A stretch of DNA of 63,947 nt, the filler included, from Ministeria vibrans ATCC 50519 (Eukaryota; Protista; Filasterea): assembly GCA_943704425.1 (NCBI GenBank). It is 7 parts of 7 records of this genome, joined end to end, with 100 filler letters (N's around TTAATTAATTAA, not from the genome) between each part and the next. Parts side by side here need not be neighbours in the genome. Positions count along the whole stretch, not along the records: positions 1 to 20,163 come from CALSCP010001832.1; 6 more parts are not named here. One strand, given 5' to 3'. Each line of letters begins with the position of its first letter. Position 1 is the first letter of the stretch. The notes beneath the pieces are model-generated. The model was given only the letters and a program-made list of their open reading frames with translations, had not been told where the DNA came from and ran no database searches. This document shows, piece by piece, positions 1-11,864 of this stretch. A program made the position numbers and the translations under genes.

Positions 1-395
1 CCCGCAAAAAAAAAAAAAAAAACAAAACACACACACTCACAGAAGAAAGAAAACCGAATAAGAAAGAAAATGTTTGTTAAATCAGACGTGAATACACCGC
101 ACTGACCCTCAATGGTGTGTCTTATGTGCGAATCCGTATACACGCGGAACGTTCCAAGGTCGATTACAATTCAGAAGAAAGGAACACATCTGCAGTCGTG
201 ACCTTTTCTTGCAATTATTATTATGCCATCATTAACATAGCTACTATTATTATTATTATTATTATCATTTTAATATTTTTTTATCAATAATATTATTAAT
301 AATAATTATTATTATTGTTGTTGCGCAACTATGAAAAATATTATATTATTTTAATATTGGTACTGAAAATATATCCAACTTTTTTTGCTCTGCAG

Positions 396-2380
396 CTCCT
401 CGATGCATTTACCCAGCGCTGGATTTTTCTTCGGCAGGATCGTCACGTCTCCCATCTGTTACGGGTTCGGATACAACTGCATCTGCCGAAGGGTTTCCTC
501 CCGCCGAGTCCGCTTCAGCCATTCTGGCGCGTGAGCAAAAGGCGGAGATTGAGCGTCTCAAGGCTGAGCTGGCCGCTCGATCAAAGCCTGGCGATGGAAT
601 GGATGTTGGCGAGTCACCTTCGGCAAAACTTCTGCGAGATCAACGAGAGCAAATTGAATCTATGCATGCTGCACGCGCGTCTATGTCAACTGGTTTACCC
701 GCTGTTGGTGGTGGTGTTGCAGGGGGCTCCCTATCTGAGACGATGTCTCGAGTGCATATTGGAGACCACTCTACACACCCTGAAGCGCATCCGCGGCGCC
801 GCTTGGAGTCGCCCACACGCCAGGCAATGCGGGAGCACCAGATGGCCATGATCGCCGAGCTCAACGGCACCGTGCCACCTCCTGCTGGCGGAATGCCTAT
901 TGAAGAGTCCCAGTCGGAGAGGTGCATCCGTGAGCAGGGCGAGTACATTGACCAGCTCTTGGCAAAGCGCAACTTGACGCAGCGTCAGTACGCCCACTCC
1001 CCCCATGTCCACGCCGATCCTCGCTATGCTCCAAGTTACGGTGCTCCGTACGCTGGAGCCAGTGCGTACCCTGCAGGCGGTGGCTACCCTGTGCAGCACA
1101 CTCCGTCGGAGCTGGAGCTGCAGGAGACAGAGCGCGAGTTAAGGGAGCACCTGCAACGCCGGGCAACCGCGGATGGCGTTTCGTATGCCACTGCAGCGGC
1201 TCAGTATGCCGCCGGCTCTGGTGACGCTGCAGTTCCTGGAGCCTACGGCTATGGTGCACGTGATGCCGAGCCTAGGCCTGCGCACGCGCCAATGCCGCGC
1301 ACGTACGAGCGCCCGAGCACGGGATACGCTCCCCCATATACCTCGAGCTCAGCCGCGGCGGACATCGTCTCGTCAACAGCCACGCTCCAGAGCCGACGCC
1401 GCGCCAAAATGCGTGCTGAGATTGAAAAGAGGAACCTTCTTTACAAGCGATTTCAGGAGGAGGGCAATGGCGACATGGAGGCGGCGCACAAGAGTCTGCA
1501 GGAGATGCGTTCCAAACTGGCGTCGTCCACGTACGGCATTGACATTGTCATCATGCTCGACATCACAGGGAGCATGACTTCTTGGCTCGAAATGTGCAAG
1601 GAGAAAATCAAGGAGGTGGTCGACTCGGTCATGGAAGGAAACATTGCTGCGACCCACAGCGGCGCTGTCTTTCGCTTTGGTACGAATACGAACGTCAAAA
1701 AAAACTATAATAATAGCACGGCTTTAAATTTATTAATTTGATTATGTTTGTCTTTCTTATTAATAATTATTAGCATTCATCGGCTATCGTGACTACCATC
1801 CCGACGATCTTACACGCGACATGAACACTTTTGTCTGGACCAAATTTGTCACTTCAGATGAAATTGATACGCTGAAGGAAACAGTGGATCGGTGTGTGGC
1901 GACGGGTGGCCATGACGCAGCCGAGGACATTGCGGGCGCGTTGGAAATTGCCATTCAAGAGCTTGACTGGCAGTCGTCCACCAAGCTCATTGTGCACTTT
2001 GGCGATGCACCCTGTCACGGTGTTGAGTACCACTTAATGGGCGATCGTCGTGGCATGGATAACTCTCCCCAAGGAGACAAGTGGGGCCTGGATCCTCGGG
2101 AGCAGATGAGATGGGTATGGAATTTGTTGTTAGTTTTGTTTTTCCGCATCGTTTGAAAACTCTCCTTATTTTATTGCAGCTCTCGGAGCATAAGATTGAC
2201 TACTACTTTGCGCACATCAACAAAGCTGTAACGGATAGAATGGTTGATGTGTTCAAGAAGGCGTACGGGAGCTGCAATGGTCTCGGCAAGATGCGCGCGA
2301 TCGAAGTGGGCGACAACCCCGCACTTTTCTTGCCCACTGTTCTCGACAGCGTTCGCGCCTCTCACGGAGGAGAGCTTTAA
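396..2380 (+). CDS. von Willebrand factor A (vWA) domain protein of VwkA/alpha-kinase-associated type, with long disordered/coiled N-terminus; 5' end uncertain
   Basis: MIDAS-like IDIVIMLDITGSM, FAFIGYRDY (across intron 1680-1773), TGGHDAAEDIAGAL, VHFGDAPCHG; second intron 2115-2179; stop 2378-2380. The frame is open upstream of ATG 599 back to an AG acceptor near 395. Confidence 0.85.
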
Positions 2381-2919
2381 GGATATTTTTAATCTGCAAT
2401 TAGTAACCTTCAAATGCCTCAGGCAATGGTCACCGACGTGGAATCGTGATAAGACAGAGTGAAAAAAAAAATTATTTTGGAAAGTGGAATTCACACACAC
2501 ACACACACAAATTGAAGAGCATCAAAATAGTGCGAAAGGGTAGAGAACAGATAAGAAAATAAATAGAGATTCAAGAGCTGTACTCAAATCTCAATGCCAA
2601 AACAATTGCAAGACAACATAATGCAAAGCATAGAGCAGTATGAGATCTAAACAATCAGTTCTATAAGCTTATACTTTAATAATCAATAATCAATAATAAT
2701 AATAATAATAATAATTATTATTATTATAATTATTTTATTATTATTATTAATTTAGAAGGGCGCCCCATCTTTTTGGAGTTAGTCTGTGGCGGAAGCATTG
2801 TATTACTCTCTTTTATATGTGTATTAATATTTCTCTCTCTCTCTCTCCTTTTGAGTAAACTTTTCTATTCCTATTAATTTAGAATTATTTTAGAATTATT
2901 TTTCACCTGTCACTCTCAT

Positions 2920-4918
2920 ATGTTGTGGACTGTGCTCTCTTGTGTGCTGGCTGCGGCAGCGGCGGTGTCGTCGGCGCCTGTGCGGGAGGTGGGCAGTGAA
3001 ATGGTCTGCATCAACAATCGCCTGTACGCCCACTCGTGGAGTGCCCAGCTCCCGCCCGACTCGTCCATCTCTCGCATTGACCAAGCCGATGGAATTCGAG
3101 GCGTCGACTGCGACGTTGACCAGTAAGATGACAGTTTTTCAGTCACTTTTTCAAAAAAGTGATTCCAAAATGTGCAAACTTTTTTTTTCTGTCCCTCTGT
3201 TTTCTTTTTTGGAACACTGAGTCGTTTCGTCCCCCAATGGCGCGTGTATACTACACATACACGATGTTTTTGTCGTTCTCGCGCACTGCAAAGAGGCCTG
3301 GAGACCTCTTTCCGTCTCAATTTTCGTGTCACAAGTGAGAGATCTGCTGACGACTGACGTTTCGTCTCTTTTCGCTCTCCTTCCTTTCTGCAAGGTCTAC
3401 GCTGCGCCTGACCTTCGACAGCGAAGTGAATGCACTCAAATGGACTGCGTCTGTGACTTTTGGCGAAGGGTTCATTACATCGAACAATAAGTTTCTGTGC
3501 AACGGAACTCTCATCATTCGGTAAGATACAGTATAAGTGTACTATTGTGTCCTGTGGCATCATACTGACAGGCCGTTGACACAGCCGAGCGGTGTCGCAC
3601 ATTGGAATGTCATCGGGCGAAAACGGGGACCATCACGTTGAAATGCGCGCACCCCGAGCCCGCTACGACGAAGTGTGGGAGGACGCAGTGGTAAGATGGG
3701 TGCACACTTTAGTTGCAACACTTCTGACCTTGGTTCTCTTTCAGATTTCTTTGCTGCCGATGAATAAGCCTTGCTCTGCAGTGGACTCGGTTGCGATTGA
3801 CCGTCACATCTGCCTTGGAGTCAATGCAGACGCGTCGTGCACCGCAGCTGCTGCGCCCTATGTGCTCTACCAGAACGAGCTCATCACTGTGACTTGCCAG
3901 AATTGCTTTATGGCCTTCTCGTCGGACATTATGTTCTCCCTTGAGATTCACGGCTTCAAAATGACCACGTTTCAAGCGGGTTACGCCAACTCGACGCTCG
4001 CGGGCGAACTCCTTCTGAAGATTGTCGCCACCAAAGACTGGTCGGTGGGCGTCGACAAGACACTTCCGCTCATTCAGCCCAAGAATGTCATTGACCTCTT
4101 CACTGCCGGTCTACCCCTCCGTCTGTGGTTTGAGATCCCTGTCGAGCTGCAGGCGTCCGCCCAGGCCACTGCCACTGCTGAGGCCCAGAGTAAAATTGAC
4201 TTTCCCGCAAAAGTCTATAATTATTATTGTAATTTACCTATTGTTTTTTTTTTTTTTTTTTTTTTGTAGTTGGCGCCAAGTTTGATTGGTTCTTGGGTGA
4301 CAACTTGCTCAAATGGACACCCGACACCCACTGGACTCACATCACTCCCAAGCCCAGTTTCAACTGGACCACCGTATGATCCACAAACACCTTAATGACT
4401 GCTCCTTACACGAATACTGGTCTTGTCGTTAGATTGCGCCCACTGGCGACGCTTCCTTCGACGCAACCACCACCGTGTCCATTCGTCCGTCATTCATCTT
4501 CCATGCCGACAACTTTTGGAACACCGCAGTGACGGTAACATCAAAACAAAACAAACCGACGCAAGTCACCCACATACTTGCACACACTCACGCTCTCACT
4601 TGTTGTTCTTCTTTTCTTTCTCTCTCTCCCCCCTCCCCCTCTTCTTTGTACTAGATGCTTCCCACTGTTTCGTACGTTGCACATGCCGACACGACCACCA
4701 AGAAGCTCTGTGTCAAGGGCACCTTTGATGCCATTCTTCTGCTTGAGTCGAAGTATCAAACGCTTACATTAAATAACATTGAATTGACTGCGCTGTACTT
4801 CCTCTTTTACAGACTCGAGGTGAACATCCCGTGGCTCAATGTGAACATTGACAAGACGTACGGACCAAAGACATACTATGACTCGGGAACACTCGACATT
4901 GGCGACTGGTGCTCGTAA
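2920..4918 (+). CDS. Secreted protein of unknown function, about 8 exons, beta-rich with paired Cys
   Basis: Signal peptide MLWTVLSCVLAAAAAVSSAP; GT-AG introns at about 3124-3393, 3521-3571, 3691-3743, 4190-4269, 4374-4432, 4535-4655, 4752-4812 link the ORF-track pieces; ends DIGDWCS*. Confidence 0.65.
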
Positions 4919-5092
4919 AACACAAATACAAATCGTCTTTTGGATTTTATATTTTCAATTTGATGTGAACACTGAGGCGGAAAACGCATTGGTCTCCATT
5001 TCTCTTCCTCAAACAGACTTCAATTTCTATACTTCAATCAAACAGACTTTCTTTGCACACACACAAAAACAAACGCACAACAAAAAAAAAAA

Positions 5093-8000
5093 TCAGATGA
5101 TGACTTTCGACGATCGCTTTGCCTCGGTTCGTGGCGGAAGCACGCACACTCCCGTCCGAGCGGCAGTAGATGTAGCAGCGCTTGACGATAACCCTGCCTC
5201 CAGTATGGCCATGCGGTCGCGGATCAGTCCTCCAAGAGCGGGCGGCTTCCGCTCCGCCAGCGCCTCCTTAATTTCCTCCTTCTCCGGCGACCCACTAAAG
5301 CGCCTCATAAGCCGACGCTTGAGTGCGCTACGCAGGCCAGGCGACTTTGAGGGGCTTCCTTCGCCAGTGCTATCGCTACGAGGACGCGCGGTGGGCTCAC
5401 GATCGCTCGAATCAGAGGAGGCTTCCGCTGCGACGCTGTCGCTCGAGGGAACCGACAGGCGGTGTTTCTTTGGCAATGTTTTCGGCGGAACTTTTTTTGG
5501 TGTCGTTTTCTTCTCCGCAACCTCGGGAATCAACGGCTCATCCTCACCAACAGCCTCGCTCGTACCAAGTGCTCTTTCTGGCGCCGTCTTCAGCAACTCG
5601 CACAGCAGAACTCTTGGCTCGTCCAGCTTTTTCTTCAATTCTTCCGCCCTCTTCATCAATTCTTCCGCCTTCTTCTTCAACACGTCTTTCTCCTCCTTCT
5701 CTTTTGCCACCTCTTCGGCCTTCTTCTTTGCCTCTTNNNNNNTCTTCTTTGCCTCCTCCTCATCCTTCTTCTTCATCTCTTCGACAGCCTCCCGCAAAGC
5801 CACCGACATTAAAGGGTCGAAAGGGGACACCCGGGTGCGCGATTCCGTCTCCTTCACGTCCGTCGAAGCAGTGGCATCCGTGCTCAACGACTCCTCTTCA
5901 TAATCATCGCTGTCTTCATCCTCGTCACAGGCATCATCCTCTTCGCTCTCCGTGCTGCTCTTCGATGGCCCTTCGGTCGTCGACGCCATCTCCTCATGAG
6001 CATCGCTGTCGTCATCCTCATCATAGGCACCATCCTCTTTGCTCTCCGTCCCACTCTTTGCCGGCCCTTCCGTCGTTGATGCCTTTTCTTTTCCTTCCGG
6101 TTTTGGCACTTCAAAGCGCACCGTATCCAAACCTAATTTCTGACACAAATCCCCACACTCGTGCCCGGCAAAGAAGCCGGCAAAGCCCCTCTGGTGCAGA
6201 TTCGTATCACCAAGCTGTGCCGTTTTCGCCGCCGTATGAACAGCGGGATCAGTCAGACGGTAGGCTTCAGTCTCCTATCAAACAAAAACAGAAAAACAAA
6301 AACAAACGAAATCAACAAGGGTGTAGTAAACAAACCAGGCGATTGAATTTTCACACACACGACACGATTCCGCAAGTACCCCCCGTCAATGTGATACCTT
6401 GCAGTAGACACCCTGCAGATCAACAATAAGCTGCTTCTGCTGAGAATGCACAAACGAGAAGTGCGACAGTGCATTCGGCACAATCGCCCGCTTGAACACC
6501 TTCGAGTCGTTGTTGTTGTACTTCACATACTCCCCTGAAAAACACACAAAACCATAACAAAAATTAATAAAATTAATTAAAAATGATAAAAATAAAAATA
6601 AAAATAATAACAATTATTACTATTATTATTGTTGTTGTTATTTCTTGTCCGTTAACATACCGTCAAGAAGTGCTTCGAGGGCAAAGTAAAGCGTTCCCTC
6701 CGTTTCGGTCTCGCGCCAAATAAGCTCAGTCTCAATCATCTCCACACTCTGAGTGCATTCCGGTGCCTTCTCCTTCAGTACCTCCCGAAATTGGTCCGTA
6801 AACTCCTTTGCAAGCATCTGCGCTCGACAATCACGCACCGCCAACTCGCGTCGCTTCTACTCGCAAAAAATAAAAAATATAATTATTAATAAATAAAAAG
6901 ACGTAAAAATTAATTACTATAAATCTACTCAGTCAGGCGTCTTACACTCGGAATAGGGGTCAGTGTAATCTGCTTGGCAACAAACCGCTCATTGTTTGCA
7001 TTCAGAGCAAAATGTGCACTGCGAGAGACCCCTCGGCTAAAAGGATTCCTCATCACACGCAATTCAACGGGCTATGAAATGAATTGACACAACACAATTA
7101 TGAGTCTTTTTTTTTTAAAAATTGCTTCTGTTTTTCAAATTACCTCTTGTTCCGTCTCTTCAAATGACTCTCCCATGTTCACGCTTGAGATTTTCAAGCG
7201 TTTGTAGGAGACAACTTCGCCAAACGACTCGGGATCGCTCCAGTCGACTTTGCCGCAAAAGTCAAGTTCGCCCGTCTCATGCATTCGCGCCATACGGTTC
7301 GTGGTCTGTCGCACCTCCAACACCTTTCGCATGTGTTCTTCGCGTTTCTCAATATCCGCCAACTCCCGTTGAAGTTCTTCCTCCTCTTCAAGTTCGCGCG
7401 CAATTCGTAGCTGTTCCTCCTGCTGCGCCAGTCTCACTCGGTCCGCTTCAAAAGCCTGCAAACAAACATTCGAACAAAATAAGCAGAGATACACAAACAC
7501 TATTACATGTTTTTTCCCCATACCTCAACCCTGCGCTGCTGTTCCTGGGCCGCCTAAGGAGAAGGACAAAAACGTTCATCATATAATAATATCACAACAC
7601 ACAACATTCTATACAATCATACAATAATACACAATAATCACACGTTGTCTGTTGTGTCGTACTAAAAAACGTTGGATTTCTTGAATACGAAGCTGGCGAG
7701 CGGCCATCTGTCTCTGCTGCAGGTTCTCCTGCTCCAGTTGACGAATGATCTCTCGGTTGTGCTCAATCTGAATGCGCCGCAAACGACTCTGCTCCATCTC
7801 GGCGGGCGTCTTTAGCTTTGGGCGCGCAGCGGGGAGGGGCGAGACAGGCGGCGCGGCGCCGAAGAAGGCTGGGAGCGTCGCGGGGAGGGTGGGATGACTT
7901 CCGTCCATCACAGATTGATACGACGGCGCGCCAAAGGACACAGGTAGCGTCACGGGGACCGTAGGATGGCTGCCGTCCACCACAGCTTGATAGGCCGGGG

Positions 8001-8793
8001 CAGGGCCGGGCGACGGAGCGACGCTCGGCGGAAGCGAATCCGTTCCTGAGTCGTCGTCTGCCGGATACACCGGTCGCCCCCTCCGCTCCCCGTTGATTCC
8101 AACATACTGGATCAAAAATGCCCATCCTGCGTGTGGAGTAGCCTACTCATACAGAAAACAATAAAATAAATCATAAGGAAATATTTGCTTACCTGAAAAT
8201 CTTTCATTTCAACTCGACGCAACTCGGTTTCGTCAAGAACTTGATCTATGAGAACATGATCATTGACTGACTGAGCGCTGGCGTCTGAGCCCAGCCAGGA
8301 GATGTGCGTGCGCGTGTGCGGGTCGGCGGTGATTTGCGTAAAAATGTGGAAGGCAACGTTGTGGAGCAACAGCCGGTTGACAATCTCACTGGACCCGCCT
8401 TCTCCCGTCTCTAAAATGTCAATATGGCCGCTATCGTCATCTCGGCCGACAGCAAACCTAGAAAAACAAGCAAAAAAAAAAAAAAAAACACATTTTTGTC
8501 TTATTCAAAGTCGACGTTCGACCCGCATTTTTTGTTGGAAATGAAAAAAACGACACATTTTGGCCACAAAAGCAGTGAAGAACTCAAGGCCATCTGAAGT
8601 AGCAACACAAAACAGCAAACCCTCTGGGCTCTTTCCAGTATTAAAGAATGGGAACTGCAAGCGAGGGAAAAAGTTCGTCCGCAGACGATAAATACATTTT
8701 TTTTGCATATTATTACCAATGATCTGGTTTCAGCGCCAGCACCGTTTTCATGAACTTGTTGACCACTTCTCTCTGTATTAGAGCATTCGACAT
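5093..8793 (-). CDS. Alpha-type protein kinase (eEF2K/MHCK family) with coiled-coil N-region and acidic/charged C-tail
   Basis: Spliced motifs PFSRGSLRSAH, FVAK, EALLDGEYVKYNNN, PNALSHFSF, LIVDLQGV, LTDPAVH, GDTNLHQRG, FFAGHECGDLCQKLGL; about 9 exons; start ATG 8793 is tentative. Confidence 0.9.
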
Positions 8794-9081
8794 CCTTGGC
8801 AGGGAGACGATTGTCACGATTCCCGCCAAAGACGAAGAATTAAGAAAAGAATGACTAATTTTATTTTACTCAGCACTCCCCGAAAGATCACTTTCATTCT
8901 TATTGAGCACCATGTTTGTGACAGACCCACACACCCCACAGCAAGATCAACATCATCGTGAAAGGTCACTGGCCCTGGCCAGTGGTGCATATTGCTTGGT
9001 ACGGTGATGAGATGGAGATGAGATGCACAAAAAAAAAAAGTCCCGTTCGTCTGACCAAAAAGTGAAAATCCCCACTGCTCA

Positions 9082-11647
9082 ATGTCCTTGATTGTCTTCG
9101 GCGATGTTGCCTTACTCTTTGTTTCTACATTAATTATTGAACTTGCTTCACAGTCTTTGAAAGGCACACAACCTCCACACTCTTCAGGTGAGAGAAAAAC
9201 AAGAAAACGACTCACTTTTACCGACCTCGTCTCGAATATTTTTTTTTTATTCACTCTCAAAAAACAATCCTCAAAAGTTCTCTCTTCTGTCTTATTCGTT
9301 CAGACTCCTCTCCCATCAGCGACGAGCCGTCTCCAGTGCCACCTGGGATTGTTGACTATGGGGACCGTGGCGATGGCGATGGTGCTGTTTCCCGTGCCGT
9401 CGCAAGATACCCCGTTGAGCCGCCATGCGACCCGTGTGTAAGTTTTTCTAAAGAGGACGTTGCCGAAAACGAATGGGCTCTTGATTCTGCCCGCAAGGCC
9501 TACGAGGCGGAGCAGAGCCGCCTCAATCGTCGTCTTGTCATGCAGCAAAAGCACTTTCACGCGTTTGTGACGGAGAATCACTTTTCCGACACCCGCATCA
9601 AATTGCGCTGCACGCGCACCGTGACACAGAGCGTCATGGAGCTGCTGGCACAAGGTGACCCCAATACACGAACATCTGCGCGGCGCTTGTCATCCCACTC
9701 ACTCTCCTTGCTCTCTGTATCTCTCCTATCTGCGTAGCGGATCGGACAAAGTTGCATGTCAATGTTAACGACTTTCTCTTTACCTTTCGACGTGTCTACA
9801 ACGGCAACCGCGCTGGAAGACCTGTCCAGACTATGATTCACACCCTCCTTGAAAGCGTTCCCGGCCCCGCCATCCTCGGGCATTTGTACCGCGACATTGC
9901 GTTGGAGCAAAAGGAAGACGTCTTGACACTGCGCCACGGCACTGCCTCACCCGCACCGCACACGGAACACTGTGCGCCGCAAACCCTCCTTGAGTGCATT
10001 GTTGAGTCGGTGGCGCACGGCCAGGCGCTGGCACACGACAATTTGGAGCTAATCATGACGGGTAATCCGGTGCATGTGGTTTCGCCAATGGCGCTCGAGC
10101 GAGTTGCGTGCCACATTCGCGCACTGCTCTACTCTTATCTATTTCGCATCCCGTTGGTGGCGGGCCACCATATGATTGTTGCCCTGTTTATTCGCAGCTG
10201 CCAGAACGACTTTTTGGATGTGAGCAGGGGACGTCAGCTGCCGGTCGTTTACCTCGGTTGCGCCCACCAGCGCACCCTTTCATACGCCCAGCGTCGCCCA
10301 CTGAAGCAACTCTCGACGCACGCACGTCTGCGCTTTGGTCCTCTGCGCTGCGACAAAGACATCGACCTGTTTGCCGGGCCGCGTTTGTGCCGCCACCCGT
10401 GGATCTGCGACTACCCCCTGGTGGTGGAAGCCCTCGCCATCGACGCCAACGGTGCTTGTCGCAAGTCTCTCTGGACCAGCCGCAAACTCATGAACGCCCT
10501 TATGTCCCGCATTATAAAGGCTAGGCACTGCTTTCTTAACGCTCGCTGTCCTTCCGTGGACGTGCTTGAGTCGCTGCGTGCACTCACAGCCATGGCAGCG
10601 TGGGTGTACGACATTGAGAGTGACGAGACAGCCCTGGAATTGGCCTATATTCTTGGCAGTGATCATGGCCACCATGTGCTCGAGCACGTTGTCGCACTGC
10701 TTACCGCCGCCTGTGGTCGTCTTCCGGCTCTCACCAACACTGCGCTCAAGCTCTTCCAGCGATTGCTCCCCGTTCAGTTTCCTCTGGCGTCTACGCGTCT
10801 CATTGGTGCCCACCTGCTCCACGACCACTCCCACCTGGTCGAGAAGTTCCTTCCTGCGCTGTACAAGGCTGCGCAGGAGACGCTCTTGAACAATGACGTG
10901 CCCATCGAACAGCGCCTTTCCATGCGCAGTCAGACGGCACATTTGGTGCGTCTGCTGCTCGACAGCGACTGCCTTCAGGCGACGGGCAAGCGTCAGGCGC
11001 TAGCGTGTCTGCAGGTGCTTCGTCAAGACGAAAGCCGCTCTGTGTTGAATGGCGTTGCGCTGCGCAACCAACAATTGGCCAAGCGTGCCCTGGAAGAGGA
11101 ACGGGTTCTCCTGGCCAAAGTTGATGAGGTGCGCCAGAGACGTGAAGAGGAGGCATATCGTCAGCGTGTAATTCAGCACCAGCAGAACGTCGAGAAGAAG
11201 AAACAGTTGGAGCAGGACCGCATTTTACTGCTCAGAGCTCCCCGTGCGCCTCACTTTAGCAGTCTTGCCGCATCTATTCCTTCATTATTTCCGCAGCCTC
11301 CATATGATCAGTATGATTACGGGGAGTATTGCGGCATCTCCCGAAGGGGCGCTCCGAGCCCTCCTCCCTTGAGACATCGGGGCTTACCTTCGGGCAACAC
11401 CAACGCGAAACGCCGTCGTAGCCTTTCTTGGGCCCCGAACGGAGTGGACAATACCAATTCAACAACATGCTCGAGCGTGGGCCGTGCGGGAAGGAGCGGT
11501 GCGCCTGAAGAGCCGCCCAACGCCGTCTCTCTTGCACCAGAACCCGCGCAACACACACATATCGGTTTGCAGGATCCCTATGAAGCCGTCGAAATCGACA
11601 CCTTAATGGACAAAATAAGTGATCCGAAAGATCCCTATTGGTTATAG
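9082..11647 (+). CDS. Hypothetical protein (helical core, C-terminal coiled coil and disordered tail); 5' exons uncertain
   Basis: 631-codon ORF 9752-11647 joined in frame to exon ~9304-9653 by intron 9654-9737; no motif recognised. Confidence 0.6.
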
Positions 11648-11864
11648 TCCGAAACAGAGATATTTTATGGAAAATTGAATAAAAGAGGAAAACCCAATAC
11701 AACCCCACATTGATAATACATGCACTACGATGTACGATCAAAAGACACAGCCAGTCCTGACTCCTGTGACCTGTCTGTCAGAATGGTTTTCAGCACAACA
11801 CTAACAATTTATTTTGATACAAACAAACAAGATCTTACTTCTTACTTATCTACTTATTTTCCGT

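Noticed and set aside
5737-5742. Short N runs inside genes (also 54185-54194)
   Set aside because: Small assembly gaps, not evidence of pseudogenisation or frameshifting.
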